DNA of 64,000 bases from an uncultured Solirubrobacterales bacterium (GTDB lineage Bacteria > Actinomycetota > Thermoleophilia > Solirubrobacterales > Solirubrobacteraceae): contig CAWIMZ010000019.1 in assembly GCA_963837385.1 (NCBI GenBank), positions 52,180 to 116,179 of the forward strand. The letters run 5' to 3'. Within the stretch, counting starts at the first letter, position 1; each line of letters begins with the position of its first letter. The translations under genes were made by a program, and so were the position numbers. The notes under the pieces are model-generated. The model was not told the DNA's origin and searched no databases. It saw nothing but the letters and a program-made list of their open reading frames with translations. This document shows, piece after piece, positions 50,704 through 60,894 of the stretch.

Positions 50704-50805
50704 GGGCCCCGAGCCGGTCGAGCCCCGTTCGCTATCGGGCCCCGAACCGGTCGAGCCCCGTTCGCTACGGGCCCCGAGCGCTATCGGGCCCCGAGCCGGT
50801 CGAGC
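50704..50805. repeat. Degenerate ~33-bp tandem repeats copying the NUDIX gene 3' end
   Basis: gggccccgagccggtcgagc(cccgttcgctatc) units at about 50704, 50737, 50769 (partial) and 50786. Confidence 0.85.
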
Positions 50806-51239
50806 ACCGGGGAGACGAAACGGCCGAGGTCCTTCGGCAGGGCCTCCTGCGGGAACCACCCCACGGTGGCGATCTCGACCTGGTCGGGCGTGATCTTCGG
50901 GTCGCGCACCTCGGCCCGGAAGCAGTGAAGCGTGTCATGGCGCTTGTACACATTGGTCACGACCTTCCCCAGCGGCACCCAGTCGTCGATCGTGATCCCG
51001 AGCTCTTCCTCCATCTCGCGCCGGGCGGTCTCGCTCGGCGGCTCGCCGTGCTTGATCCCGCCGCCGGGAAGGTCCCACCCACGCGGCCCGTAGGTGTGAC
51101 GGACCAGCAGGATCCGGTCTCCGTCGGTGAGGACGCACTTGACGCCGTGCAGCTCCTGGCGCCTGAGGAACCAGTAGATCGCGAGCAGCACGTACGCGAC
51201 GCGATAGCCCGTTCGACGGGCCTCGAGCGGAAGCCGCAT
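50781..51239 (-). CDS. NUDIX hydrolase
   Basis: PGGGIKHGEPPSETARREMEEELG Nudix box. Confidence 0.93.
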   Translation of the reverse strand: MRLPLEARRTGYRVAYVLLAIYWFLRRQELHGVKCVLTDGDRILLVRHTYGPRGWDLPGGGIKHGEPPSETARREMEEELGITIDDWVPLGKVVTNVYKRHDTLHCFRAEVRDPKITPDQVEIATVGWFPQEALPKDLGRFVSPVLDRLGAR

Positions 51240-51316
51240 GGCCCGAGCGTACGCGCTGGGAACGATCGCCTATCATTGGCGCGAGCCGCGCGTGAGACGC
51301 GCGGCTTGTGCGTGCC

Positions 51317-51751
51317 ATGAAGACCTACGTAGCTACACCCAAAGATCGAGAGCGCAACTGGCTGATCGTCGATGCCGCCGGCCTGACGCTCGGCAGACTC
51401 GCCACGCAGATCGCCGACGCGTTGCGGGGAAAGCGCAAGCCTACTTACACGCCCCATGTGGATACGGGGGACTTCGTGATCGTCGTCAACGCCGAGAAGA
51501 TCTCGGTAACCGGCAAGAAGCGGTCCGACAAGCGCTACTACCGTCACTCGGGCTATCCCGGTGGGCTCAAGTCGCGCACGCTCGCGGAGATGCTCGACCG
51601 CCGACCCGAAGAGGTCATCCGTCTCGCGGTCAAGGGCATGCTTCCGCGCAACCGGTTGGCACGCAAGCAGCTGACGAAGCTCAAGGTGTACGCCGGACCG
51701 GACCACCCGCACGCAGCTCAACAGCCGCAACCGATGGAGATTCAGCAGTGA
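51317..51751 (+). CDS. rplM: 50S ribosomal protein L13
   Basis: [34 protein letters not shown]. Confidence 0.98.
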   Translation: MKTYVATPKDRERNWLIVDAAGLTLGRLATQIADALRGKRKPTYTPHVDTGDFVIVVNAEKISVTGKKRSDKRYYRHSGYPGGLKSRTLAEMLDRRPEEVIRLAVKGMLPRNRLARKQLTKLKVYAGPDHPHAAQQPQPMEIQQ

Positions 51752-52702
51752 ACGAAGCCGAGCACCCCGAGGACGAGCAGCGAAGCGAGCAGCCCGAGGC
51801 CGCCGAGGCCGCGCAAGACGCGGCGCCCGCCGCGGAGCCGGCCCGCCGCGGAGCCGGTCGCCGCGGAGCCGGCCGCCGCGGAGCCGGTCGCCGCGGAGCC
51901 GCCCGCCGCGGAGCCGGTCGCCGCGGAGCCGCCCGCCGCGGAGCGTCGCGCGGAGCCGCCCGAGCCGCCGCGAGGCGGTCGCCGCGGAGCCGGTCGCCGC
52001 GGAGGCGGTCGCGCAGGGGCCAGCTCCTGAGCCCGCCGCCGAGGCGGTCGCCGAACAGGCACCGGCGCCAGCCCCCCCGAGATCCCGGCGCCAGCCCCCC
52101 CCGAGATCGAGGAGATCGACGAGACGCCTCGCGTGCGACCCGAGATCCCCGGTGCCGACCTGATTCCGGACATCGTGCCCGAGGGCGAGGAGTTCCTCGA
52201 CGCGGAGGCCCGCGCTGCGGCCGAGGCCGAAGCCGCCGAAGCCGCTGCCCGGGGCGACCAGGACGCGGAGGATGAGCCACGGCCGATCGCCAACGCTGCG
52301 ATCGATCTCGCCGCCGGCGCCCGCTACACGTCGACCGGGAAGCGCAAGACCGCCGTCGCCCGGGTGATCCTCAAGCCGGGAGCAGGGACGTACTCGGTCA
52401 ACGGCAAGCCGCTCGAGAGCTTCTTCCCGCGGGAGACGCTCCAGCGGATGATTCGCCAGCCGCTCGAGACGGTCGGCTATGAGACACGGATGGACGTCGT
52501 CGCCCGAATGCACGGCGGTGGCGTCTCGGCCCAAGCGGGGGCGCTCCGCCATGGCATCTCCCGTGCGCTGATCGTCGCCGATCCGCATCTGCGCGGCGAG
52601 CTCAAACGCCGCGGCTTCCTGACGCGCGATCCGCGCGTGAAGGAGCGCAAGAAGGCCGGTCTGAAGAAGGCTCGCAAGCGGCCGCAGTTCTCCAAGCGCT
52701 GA
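51748..52702 (+). CDS. rpsI: 30S ribosomal protein S9 with a long acidic repetitive N-terminal extension (indels inside the repeat)
   Basis: [40 protein letters not shown]; GTG overlaps the rplM stop. Confidence 0.95.
51828..52012 (+). repeat. 15-bp tandem repeat, about 10 copies, degenerate at the 3' end, encoding AAEP(V/A/P)
   Basis: gccgcggagccg(gtc/gcc/ccc) units. Confidence 0.9.
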
Positions 52703-52720
52703 TCACCTGTAGCTAGGCAG

Positions 52721-54046
52721 ATGGCGCGCCAGCTCTTCGGCACGGATGGCGTCCGGGGCCGGGCGGGACACTTCCTGACCGCCGAGCTCGCGCTCGCGCT
52801 CGCGCGCACCGCCGTCGCGCGCGCCGAGCAGGAGCGCCCGCAGGTCCTGATCGTTCGGGATACCCGCGAATCGGGTGAGATGCTTGAGGCGGCGATCGCC
52901 GCGGGCGTCACCGCCGCCGGCGGGGATGCGCTGGCGGCCGGCGTTCTGCCGACCCCGGCAGCACCGCTGCTGATACGTCGCCACGCCCTGCAGCTAGCCG
53001 CGGTGATCTCGGCCTCTCACAATCCCTATGAGGACAACGGCATCAAGCTGTTCGCGGCCGACGGCTTCAAGCTGGACGACGACACCGAGCACGAGATCGA
53101 GGCAGATCTCGACAGGTCCTTCCCGCCGCCGCCCCGGATCGGGCGGGTCCGCCGCTTTCATGGTGCGCTCGAGGACTACCTCCGGGAGTTGCATGTACGG
53201 TTCGCGAATCTCGATCTGACCGGCCGTCGCGTCCTTCTGGACTGCGCGAACGGCGCCACGTACCGGGCCGCGCCCGAGATCTTCCGACGGCTCAGAGCCG
53301 AGGTCGAGGTGATCGCCGATGAGCCGGACGGACGGAACATCAACCGCGGATGCGGCTCGACGCACCTGGATGCTCTGGCGGAGCGGATGGCCGGTGGCGA
53401 TCATGACGCCGGGTTCGCGTTCGACGGCGACGGCGATCGCGTGCTCGCGGTCGACCGTGCCGGCGCCATGGTTGACGGGGACGAACTGATCGCGCTGGCT
53501 GCGGTCCACCTGCGTCAGTGCGAGCGACTGCCCGGAAATGGGGTCGCCGTGACCGTGATGACGAACTACGGCTTCCACACCGCGATGCGCGCGGTCGGCG
53601 TGCAGGTCGCGACGACGCCGGTGGGTGATCGCTACGTGCTCGACGAGCTGCGCCGGCGGGGATGGGCTCTCGGCGGGGAGCAGTCGGGGCACATCATCGA
53701 TCTCGGCTTCGGGCCCTCGGGCGACGGGATCGCGAGCGCCTTGCTTGCCCTGGAGGCCCTCGGGAAGCGCGACCTGAGCGAGCGCGACGCGATGGAGAAG
53801 CTGCCGCAACGGCTGGTGAACATCCGTGCGGGCGATCGCGCGTCGCTGGTCGCGGCGATCGAGGATCCGGCCGTGCAGGCCGCGATCGCGCGCGAGGACG
53901 CGGCGCTTCGCGGCCGTGGCCGCGTGCTCGTCCGCGCATCCGGGACCGAGCCGCTGGCCAGGGTGATGGTCGAAGCGCCGAGCAGGCAGGAAACCGATCA
54001 GGTCTGCGAGCGCTTACAGGAGGTCGTGCAGGCGGCGCTCGCCTGA
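52721..54046 (+). CDS. glmM: Phosphoglucosamine mutase
   Basis: FGTDGVRG, ISASHNP, DGDGDR, GGEQSGH, RASGTEP. Confidence 0.97.
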   Translation: MARQLFGTDGVRGRAGHFLTAELALALARTAVARAEQERPQVLIVRDTRESGEMLEAAIAAGVTAAGGDALAAGVLPTPAAPLLIRRHALQLAAVISASHNPYEDNGIKLFAADGFKLDDDTEHEIEADLDRSFPPPPRIGRVRRFHGALEDYLRELHVRFANLDLTGRRVLLDCANGATYRAAPEIFRRLRAEVEVIADEPDGRNINRGCGSTHLDALAERMAGGDHDAGFAFDGDGDRVLAVDRAGAMVDGDELIALAAVHLRQCERLPGNGVAVTVMTNYGFHTAMRAVGVQVATTPVGDRYVLDELRRRGWALGGEQSGHIIDLGFGPSGDGIASALLALEALGKRDLSERDAMEKLPQRLVNIRAGDRASLVAAIEDPAVQAAIAREDAALRGRGRVLVRASGTEPLARVMVEAPSRQETDQVCERLQEVVQAALA

Positions 54047-54119
54047 ATCCCGTGGCAGGAACCGCATCGACGCCGGTGCATGGATCGTGACGCGGCGTGC
54101 GATGGCGTTCGGAGGGCTC

Positions 54120-54229
54120 TAACATGAGTCGCTCGTTCACCGGCGGCCAGACCGGGAGAACGCGAGCCGCCGCTGCGGCTCGACCGAAGGGAACGATTCC
54201 CGAATCATCAACCAGGAGGCTTCAAGCGC
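54120..54229 (+). promoter_or_regulatory. glmS promoter and structured 5' leader (candidate riboswitch)
   Basis: -10 TAACAT (54120-54125); three-stem junction 54133-54196 with alternative pairings; SD AGGAGG at 54214. Confidence 0.55.
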
Positions 54230-56101
54230 ATGTGCGGCATCGTTGGCTACGTCGGCCCTCGAGAGGCGCGTCCAGTGCTGCTGGCCGGCCTGGAGAAGCT
54301 CGAATACCGTGGTTACGACAGCGCCGGGATCTCGGTGCTCGACGGCAACAGGATCGACGCCGTCCGCGCGGTCGGCAACCTGAGCAGGCTCCGGCACGCG
54401 ATCGACGCCCTCGATGATGCCCCGGAAGGGGCGGTTGCCGTGGCCGAGCGGCCGCAACCGGGGACGGGGATCGGACACACTCGGTGGGCCACGCACGGTC
54501 GCGTGACCGAACAGAACGCACATCCCCATTTCGATACCGCCGACCGCGTCCACGTGGTCGTCAACGGAATCGTTGAGAACTACGTCGAGCTCAAGCGCCG
54601 GCTGTCGGACGCCGGCGCCCGGTTCACCTCGGAGACCGACGCGGAGGTGATCGCGCACCTGATTGCGCATCACTACACGCCCGGCAGGCTGGTCGAGGCT
54701 GTCCGCGCGGCCTACGGAGAGCTGCGCGGCCACTACGCGTTCGTCGCGATGAGCGCCGAGGAGCCCGGGCTGCTCGTCGGGGCGCGCAAGGAATGCCCGT
54801 TGATCGTCGGTCGTGGCGACGGAGAGCAGTTCATCGGCTCGGCGATCCCCGCATTCCTGCGCCACACACGCCACGTGCAATACATCAACGACGACGAGAT
54901 CGTCGTGCTGAGCGCCGATGACGTGGAGTTCCTGACCGCAGGGGGTGTACCCGTTCAGCGCGACGTGGTCGAGATCGACTGGGATGCGGACACGGCCGAG
55001 AAGCAGGGCTACGAGACGTTCATGCTCAAGGAGATCCACGAGCAGGCGGACGCGGTGGCGGAGACGCTCGGCGAGCGAGCCGCGCACGAGGTGGGAATCG
55101 ACCTCGGCGATCTCGGCGCGATCGACGATCAACTGCTGCGCCAGGCCCGCCGGATCGTCGTCGTCGCGTGCGGAACTTCGTATCACGCCGGCCTGATCGG
55201 TCGGTACGCGATCGAGGAATGGGCGCGAGTGCCAGTCGAGGTCGATATCGCGTCCGAGTACCGGTACCGCAATCCGGTGGTCGGGTCCGGCGATCTGGTG
55301 ATCGGGATCTCCCAGTCCGGCGAGACAGCGGACACGCTCGCCGCGATGCGCACCGCGCGGACCCGGGGTGCGACCGTGATGGCAATCACGAACATCATGG
55401 GCTCGCAGGCCACGCGCGACGCCGATGGCGTGCTCTACACGCGCGCCGGACTCGAGATCGGTGTCGCCGCGACGAAGACATTCGTCAGCCAGGTGGCGGT
55501 CATGTACATGCTCGCTCTGCGGCTCGCCGCGCTTCGGAGCACGATGGCGCCCGACGCGCTGGCGGCGACGATCGGAGAGCTCAAGCGCCTGCCACACCTG
55601 ATCGCGGAGATGCTCGAGCACGGGACCTCGAATCTCGAGCGAATCGCGCAGGACACCTATAAAGCGAACTTCTTCCTGTACATCGGCCGCCACGTCGGCC
55701 TGCCGGTCGCGCTCGAGGGAGCGCTGAAGCTGAAGGAGATCTCCTACATCGCCACCGATGCGTACGCGGCGGGCGAGATGAAGCATGGGCCGATCGCGCT
55801 GCTCGACGAGAGCACGCCCGTGGTGGCGGTGGCGACCGAGTCACCGGTGCTCGAGAAAGTCGTCTCGAACATTCAGGAGGTGCGAGCCCGGGGCGCGCGC
55901 GTGATCGCGGTCGCGACCGAGGGAGACGCCCAGATCGGCGAGCACGCCGACGAGGTGATCCGGATCCCGCGCACGGACTGGATGCTCGCGCCGCTGCTGG
56001 CGGTGATCCCGCTCCAGCTGCTTGCGTACAACATCGCCCGGTTGAGGGGATTGAACGTCGACCAGCCGCGGAATCTGGCGAAGACGGTGACGGTGGAGTG
56101 A
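54230..56101 (+). CDS. glmS: Glutamine--fructose-6-phosphate transaminase
   Basis: MCGIVG, LEYRGYDSAG, GHTRWATHG, SQSGETAD, PRNLAKTVTVE. Confidence 0.98.
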   Translation: MCGIVGYVGPREARPVLLAGLEKLEYRGYDSAGISVLDGNRIDAVRAVGNLSRLRHAIDALDDAPEGAVAVAERPQPGTGIGHTRWATHGRVTEQNAHPHFDTADRVHVVVNGIVENYVELKRRLSDAGARFTSETDAEVIAHLIAHHYTPGRLVEAVRAAYGELRGHYAFVAMSAEEPGLLVGARKECPLIVGRGDGEQFIGSAIPAFLRHTRHVQYINDDEIVVLSADDVEFLTAGGVPVQRDVVEIDWDADTAEKQGYETFMLKEIHEQADAVAETLGERAAHEVGIDLGDLGAIDDQLLRQARRIVVVACGTSYHAGLIGRYAIEEWARVPVEVDIASEYRYRNPVVGSGDLVIGISQSGETADTLAAMRTARTRGATVMAITNIMGSQATRDADGVLYTRAGLEIGVAATKTFVSQVAVMYMLALRLAALRSTMAPDALAATIGELKRLPHLIAEMLEHGTSNLERIAQDTYKANFFLYIGRHVGLPVALEGALKLKEISYIATDAYAAGEMKHGPIALLDESTPVVAVATESPVLEKVVSNIQEVRARGARVIAVATEGDAQIGEHADEVIRIPRTDWMLAPLLAVIPLQLLAYNIARLRGLNVDQPRNLAKTVTVE

Positions 56102-56445
56102 TCGGGATCGATCTGCTCGAGATCGAGCGCTTGGAACGCGCCCTGGAGCGACGTCCCCGTCTCGCCGAGCGCTTGTTCACCGAGGCTGAGCGCAGCTATT
56201 CGGCCTCGCGCGCCCGTCCCGGTCAGCATCTCGCGGCCCGCTTTTGCGCCAAGGAGGCGGTGGCGAAGGCACTCCGCCTCGAGGCGTGGAGCTTTCGGGA
56301 CGTTGAGGTGCTCGGCAGCGAGGGCCCGCCCGAGCTGCGCCTGCACGGTGCGGCGGCGGCCCGGGCAGATCAGCTCGGCGTCGCGGTCAGTGTCTCGTTG
56401 ACGCATACCCACAACGACGCGGCTGCGGTAGCGATCGCTTTATGA
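56098..56445 (+). CDS. acpS: Holo-ACP synthase
   Basis: IGIDL, LAARFCAKEA, VSLTH. Confidence 0.95.
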   Translation: MIGIDLLEIERLERALERRPRLAERLFTEAERSYSASRARPGQHLAARFCAKEAVAKALRLEAWSFRDVEVLGSEGPPELRLHGAAAARADQLGVAVSVSLTHTHNDAAAVAIAL

Positions 56446-57968
56446 GCCTGCCCGACTGGCTCCACGGGCTCCCCGACCCCGCCGAGCAGCGATCGCTCGA
56501 CGAGTGGGCGATCGAGCAGCTGGGAATTCCCGGCCTCGAGCTGATGGAGCGCGCCGGCACCGGCCTCGCCGAGCTGGCCGCGAAGCTGGTGCCGACAGGG
56601 CGCATCGTGGTCGTATGCGGAAAGGGGAACAACGGTGGGGACGGTTTCGTTGCCGCGCGTGTGCTTCGCGATCGCGGGCGGGAGGTCGACGTGCTCGTGC
56701 TCGCACCCGTCTCGGAGCTGCGCGGCGACGCACGGGCGAGCGCGGAGCGGTTGCCGGGCGATCCGCCGAAGCCGTTGCAAGCATCAGCGCTGAGCGGTGC
56801 GAGCGGGATCGTCGATGCCATCCTGGGGACGGGGTTCGCCGGCGAGCCGCGCGAAGGCGCTGCGGTAGCGATCGAGGCGATCAACGCCGCCGCCGGCGAG
56901 GGGTCAGTGGTGATCGCCTGCGACATTCCCAGTGGCGTGAACGGATCGACTGGGGAGATCGCGGGTCGCGCCGTTCGTGCTCGCGCCACCGCGACCTTCC
57001 ACGCCGCGAAGCCCGGTCTCTGGATCGCGCCCGGCAAGGGCCACGCGGGCGAGGTGACGGTGATCGACATCGGCATTCCGCCCGGTGGGCCGGCCGATCC
57101 GAGCATCGGCCTGATCGGAGACAGCGTGACAGACGAGATCCCGCGTCGCGGCAGCGAGTCGACGAAGTTCGCCGCGGGGAGCCTGCTCGTCTGTGGTGGC
57201 TCGCTCGGCCTGACCGGGGCGCCATGCCTCGCCTCTGAATCCGCGATGCGCGCCGGGGCCGGGTACGTGACCGCGTTCGTGCCCTCGTCCCTGAACGCGA
57301 TCTTCGAGGGGAGGCTGCTCGAGGTGATGACCGTGCCATTGCCCGACGACGGCGGCTCGCTCGATCCTGCCGGTGCCGATCAGGTACTCGAGCACGCCCG
57401 TCGCGCGGGATCGTTGGTTCTCGGGCCAGGTCTGGGACGCCTGGATCGCGCCGCCACGCTCGCCAGGGCGCTCGCGCGGTCGGCCGAGCTGCCACTGCTG
57501 CTGGATGCCGACGGCTTGAACGCGCACGCCGGAGCTCTGCGATCGCTCGCCGAGCGCGCCGCGCCGACGGTGCTGACGCCGCACGCCGGCGAGTTGGCTC
57601 GACTGCTCGAGACCGATAGCGCGGCCGTCGCCGCCAAGCGCCTCGAGCATGCTCGGCGGGCCGCGTCGGAGGCGCGCGCCGTGTTGGTGCTGAAAGGTGA
57701 CGACACGATCGTCGCCGAGCCCGACGGTCGTGTGGGCGTCAGCCGGGGAGGCGCACCCGCGCTCGCCACGGCCGGCACCGGAGACGTCCTCTCAGGCGTG
57801 ATCGGCGCGTATCTGGCGAAGGCGATGGATCCTTTTCACGCCGCCTGCGCGGGGGTGTTCGTCCACGCCTGCGCGGGCCGTCTGGCGGCACGCTCGCTGG
57901 GGCCGGAGGGAGTGATCGCGCGCGACGTGATCGAGGCGCTGCCGCGGGCGCTGCCGCCGAGGAGCTAG
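56442..57968 (+). CDS. nnr: Bifunctional NAD(P)HX epimerase/dehydratase
   Basis: [39 protein letters not shown]. Confidence 0.95.
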   Translation: MSLPDWLHGLPDPAEQRSLDEWAIEQLGIPGLELMERAGTGLAELAAKLVPTGRIVVVCGKGNNGGDGFVAARVLRDRGREVDVLVLAPVSELRGDARASAERLPGDPPKPLQASALSGASGIVDAILGTGFAGEPREGAAVAIEAINAAAGEGSVVIACDIPSGVNGSTGEIAGRAVRARATATFHAAKPGLWIAPGKGHAGEVTVIDIGIPPGGPADPSIGLIGDSVTDEIPRRGSESTKFAAGSLLVCGGSLGLTGAPCLASESAMRAGAGYVTAFVPSSLNAIFEGRLLEVMTVPLPDDGGSLDPAGADQVLEHARRAGSLVLGPGLGRLDRAATLARALARSAELPLLLDADGLNAHAGALRSLAERAAPTVLTPHAGELARLLETDSAAVAAKRLEHARRAASEARAVLVLKGDDTIVAEPDGRVGVSRGGAPALATAGTGDVLSGVIGAYLAKAMDPFHAACAGVFVHACAGRLAARSLGPEGVIARDVIEALPRALPPRS

Positions 57969-57976
57969 AGCCGCCC

Positions 57977-59099
57977 GTGCCGTTGCGCGCGCTGGCCCGC
58001 GTCAACCTGGCTGCGATCGAGCGCAACGTCGCACTGCTGCAACGGAGATTGGTCGGCGAGGCGAGTCTGTGCGCGGTCGTCAAGGGCGACGGCTACGGGC
58101 ACGGAGCGGTACCGGCCGCGCGGGCGGCGCTGTCCGCGGGCGCTCGCTGCCTCGCCGTCGCGACTGCCGAGGAGGCGGCTGAGCTGCGCGTCAGCCGGCA
58201 TCGGCGGCCGGATCCTCGTGATGGGAGCGGTCAGCGAAGTGGAGCTGCCGGTGGCGCTAGCCGCTCGAGCCGATCTCGTCGCCTGGAGCGAGCGGTTCGT
58301 CGACGATCTCGATGCGAGGACCGACGCTCCGGTTCGCGTGCACGTGAAGCTGGACAGCGGGATGGGGCGGCTCGGTACGCGCGAGCGGCGGGAGGCGCTC
58401 GACGTTGCGGAGCGCGTGATCGCCGCGGCGCCCGCGCTCGAGCTCGCCGGAGCGATGACTCACTTCGCGACCGCCGACGAAGATCCCGAATTCCTCGCCG
58501 TGCAGCTCGAGCGCTTCGGACCGTTCGCAGCCGCGCTCCGCCGCCGCCGGCCCGATCTCGCGGTGCACGCCGCCAACAGTGCCGCGACGCTGCGGGCGCC
58601 TGAGAGCCACTTCGATCTCGTGCGCTGCGGAATCGCAATCTACGGTTGCGATCCGATGAATGAGGATCCAAGCTCGCACGGGCTCGAGCCGGCGCTCGAG
58701 CTGACCTCCTATGTCGCGGCGGTGAAGCTCGCACGCGCCGGGGACAGCGCCGGATACGGGCGCCGGTTCATCGCCCAGCGGGACACGTGGCTCGCGACCT
58801 TGCCGATCGGTTATGCGGATGGCGTCCGCCGCGCGCTGACCAACAACGGCGAAGTGCTCATCAGCGGCCGGCGCTACCCGATCGTGGGAACGGTCAGCAT
58901 GGACAACATCACGCTCGACGTCGGTCCGGGGCCGCTCGTGCGGGTCGGAGAAGTGGCGAGGATCATCGGCGCTGACGGTGCGGAGCGACAGACGGCCGAG
59001 GAGCTCGCGCGCCGGATCGGGACGATCAGCTACGAGCTCCTGTGTGGGATCTCACCGCGGGTGCCGCGCGTCTACCACCGCGACGGAGCACCCGGGTGA
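57977..59099 (+). CDS. alr: Alanine racemase (frameshift near 58190)
   Basis: [38 protein letters not shown]. Confidence 0.96.
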
Positions 59100-60490
59100 G
59101 CGCGCCGCTGGATGCGCTCTCACAGACCACGGGTGCCGCATGGCTGGTCGGTGGAGCGGTTCGTGACCGGCTGCTCGGCAGGCCGACAGCGGACTTCGAC
59201 GTCGCGGTCGGCGATGACCCGCGACCAATGGCCCGGACACTGGCCAACGCCGCGGGGGGGCATGCGTTCAAGCTCTCCGAGGGGTTCGGCGCCTGGCGGG
59301 TGGTGGCGCGGGACCACACCTGGCAGGTTGACCTGCTGCCGTTGAACGGTGAGACGATCGAGGCTGATCTGGCCCGACGCGATCTGACGATCAACGCGAT
59401 CGCCGAGCCGCTCGCCGGGGGCTCGTACCTCGATCCATTCGGGGGCCTGGAGGACCTGCGGGCGCGGCGCCTGCGGATGGTCTCGCCGCGGGCGTTCGCC
59501 GAGGACCCGTTGCGGACGCTGCGCCTCGCGCGACTAGGTTGTGAGCTGGGATTCGAGCTCGACCCGGACACGGCGGCTCTCGCAAGTGAGAGTGCCCGCG
59601 CGCTCGATCGAGTTGCTTCCGAGCGGATCTTCGCCGAGCTCAAGCGGATCATGATCGCGGACCGTGCGCTGGATGGGCTCGCGCTGATGGACTCGCTCGG
59701 CGCAACGGCGGTCGTGCTGCCCGAGCTGAGCGAGCTGCGAGGTGTCGAGCAGAGCCGCTTCCATCATCTCGACGTGTATGAGCACACTCGAGTGGTGCTC
59801 GCCGAGGTGATCGAGATCGAGCGCGACCCCGAGCCGGCGTTCGGCCGCCACGCCAATGCGATTCGCGCCGTGCTGTCCGAACCGCTTGCCAACGAGTTGA
59901 CTCGAGGCCAGGCGTTGCGGTTCGGGGCGCTGTTTCACGACATCGCCAAGCCGCAGACGCGGGGCGTGAGCGCCTCGGGGCGGGTGACGTTCATCGGGCA
60001 CGACGAGGCCGGAGCGCAGGTGGCGGCCGCGGTGCTGCGCCGGCTCCGGGCGAGCGAGCGGCTGAGCGAGCACGTCGCGGCGCTCGCCCGCAATCACCTT
60101 CGCCTTGGCTTTCTGGTTCACGAGATGCCGCTTCCCCGGCAGGCGATCTACCGCTACCTGCGCGCGTGCGCGCCGGTCGAGGTCGACGTGACCGTTCTCA
60201 GCGTCGCCGATCGTCTCGCCACGCGCGGGGCCGGCGCTGAGGACGCGATCGCGAAGCATGTTCGGCTCGCGCAGGAGCTGGTCGGTGAAGCGCTGAGCTG
60301 GCGTGAGCATCCGCCGGTGCCGCCGGTGAGGGGTGATCTGCTCGCGCGGGCCCTCGGGCTGCGCCCAGGACCTCAGCTCGGGCGGATCCTCGAGGAACTC
60401 ACCGAGGCAAGCTTTGCCGGGGAAATCCACACGCCCGAGGAGGCGATCCGACGGGCAAGCCAGACGCTCGATAGGCTCCCGCCTCGATGA
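59096..60490 (+). CDS. Class II tRNA nucleotidyltransferase with HD domain
   Basis: VGGAVRD, DFD, DLARRDLTINA, EDPLRTLR, ERIFAEL, FHDIAK. Confidence 0.9.
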   Translation: MSAPLDALSQTTGAAWLVGGAVRDRLLGRPTADFDVAVGDDPRPMARTLANAAGGHAFKLSEGFGAWRVVARDHTWQVDLLPLNGETIEADLARRDLTINAIAEPLAGGSYLDPFGGLEDLRARRLRMVSPRAFAEDPLRTLRLARLGCELGFELDPDTAALASESARALDRVASERIFAELKRIMIADRALDGLALMDSLGATAVVLPELSELRGVEQSRFHHLDVYEHTRVVLAEVIEIERDPEPAFGRHANAIRAVLSEPLANELTRGQALRFGALFHDIAKPQTRGVSASGRVTFIGHDEAGAQVAAAVLRRLRASERLSEHVAALARNHLRLGFLVHEMPLPRQAIYRYLRACAPVEVDVTVLSVADRLATRGAGAEDAIAKHVRLAQELVGEALSWREHPPVPPVRGDLLARALGLRPGPQLGRILEELTEASFAGEIHTPEEAIRRASQTLDRLPPR

Positions 60491-60894
60491 GCGAGCAAGA
60501 CTGCCTGTTCTGCAAGATCGTGGCCAGGGAGATTCCCGGCCTGATCGTCGACGAGGACCAGGAGACGATCGCGTTCATGGACATCAATCCCGCGACACGT
60601 GGTCATGCTCTCGTCGTACCGCGCCGACATGCTGCCGACCTGCTCGAGATCGGCGACGATGACCTCGCCGCGACGATGCTCGCCGCCAAGCGGCTCTCGG
60701 CCAAGATGATGGAGCGCCTGGGTGCCGACGGCGTGAGCCTGATCAACGGCTGCGGTTCGGCGGCCTGGCAGACGGTGTTCCACTTCCACTTTCACGTGAT
60801 CCCTCGCTATCGGGGCGATCCTTTGCGGCTTCCGTACACGCCTGCTCCGGGAGACCCGGAGGAGATCGCGACCGCGGCGGAGGCGCTGCGATGA
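60487..60894 (+). CDS. HIT family protein
   Basis: CLFCKI, DINP..GH, FHFHFHVIPR. Confidence 0.95.
   Translation: MSEQDCLFCKIVAREIPGLIVDEDQETIAFMDINPATRGHALVVPRRHAADLLEIGDDDLAATMLAAKRLSAKMMERLGADGVSLINGCGSAAWQTVFHFHFHVIPRYRGDPLRLPYTPAPGDPEEIATAAEALR

Noticed and set aside
50704-50805. Possible mini-CRISPR array
   Set aside because: Units are directly adjacent without unique spacers, derive from the NUDIX gene end, and no cas genes are present
51238-52275. Arg-rich 345-aa ORF with RRGAG repeats
   Set aside because: Alternative-frame reading of rplM and of the rpsI 15-bp repeat
54060-54229. Canonical glmS ribozyme
   Set aside because: The conserved catalytic core sequences are absent and the leader is short; reported instead as a different candidate element
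2992-59099. Many frameshifted genes (addA-like, yihY, ispH, moeB, HDAC, pfkB, rpsI, alr and others) as pseudogenes or programmed frameshifts
   Set aside because: Essential genes are affected, the pieces are otherwise intact and there is no common slippery motif; uncorrected long-read indels are the simplest explanation
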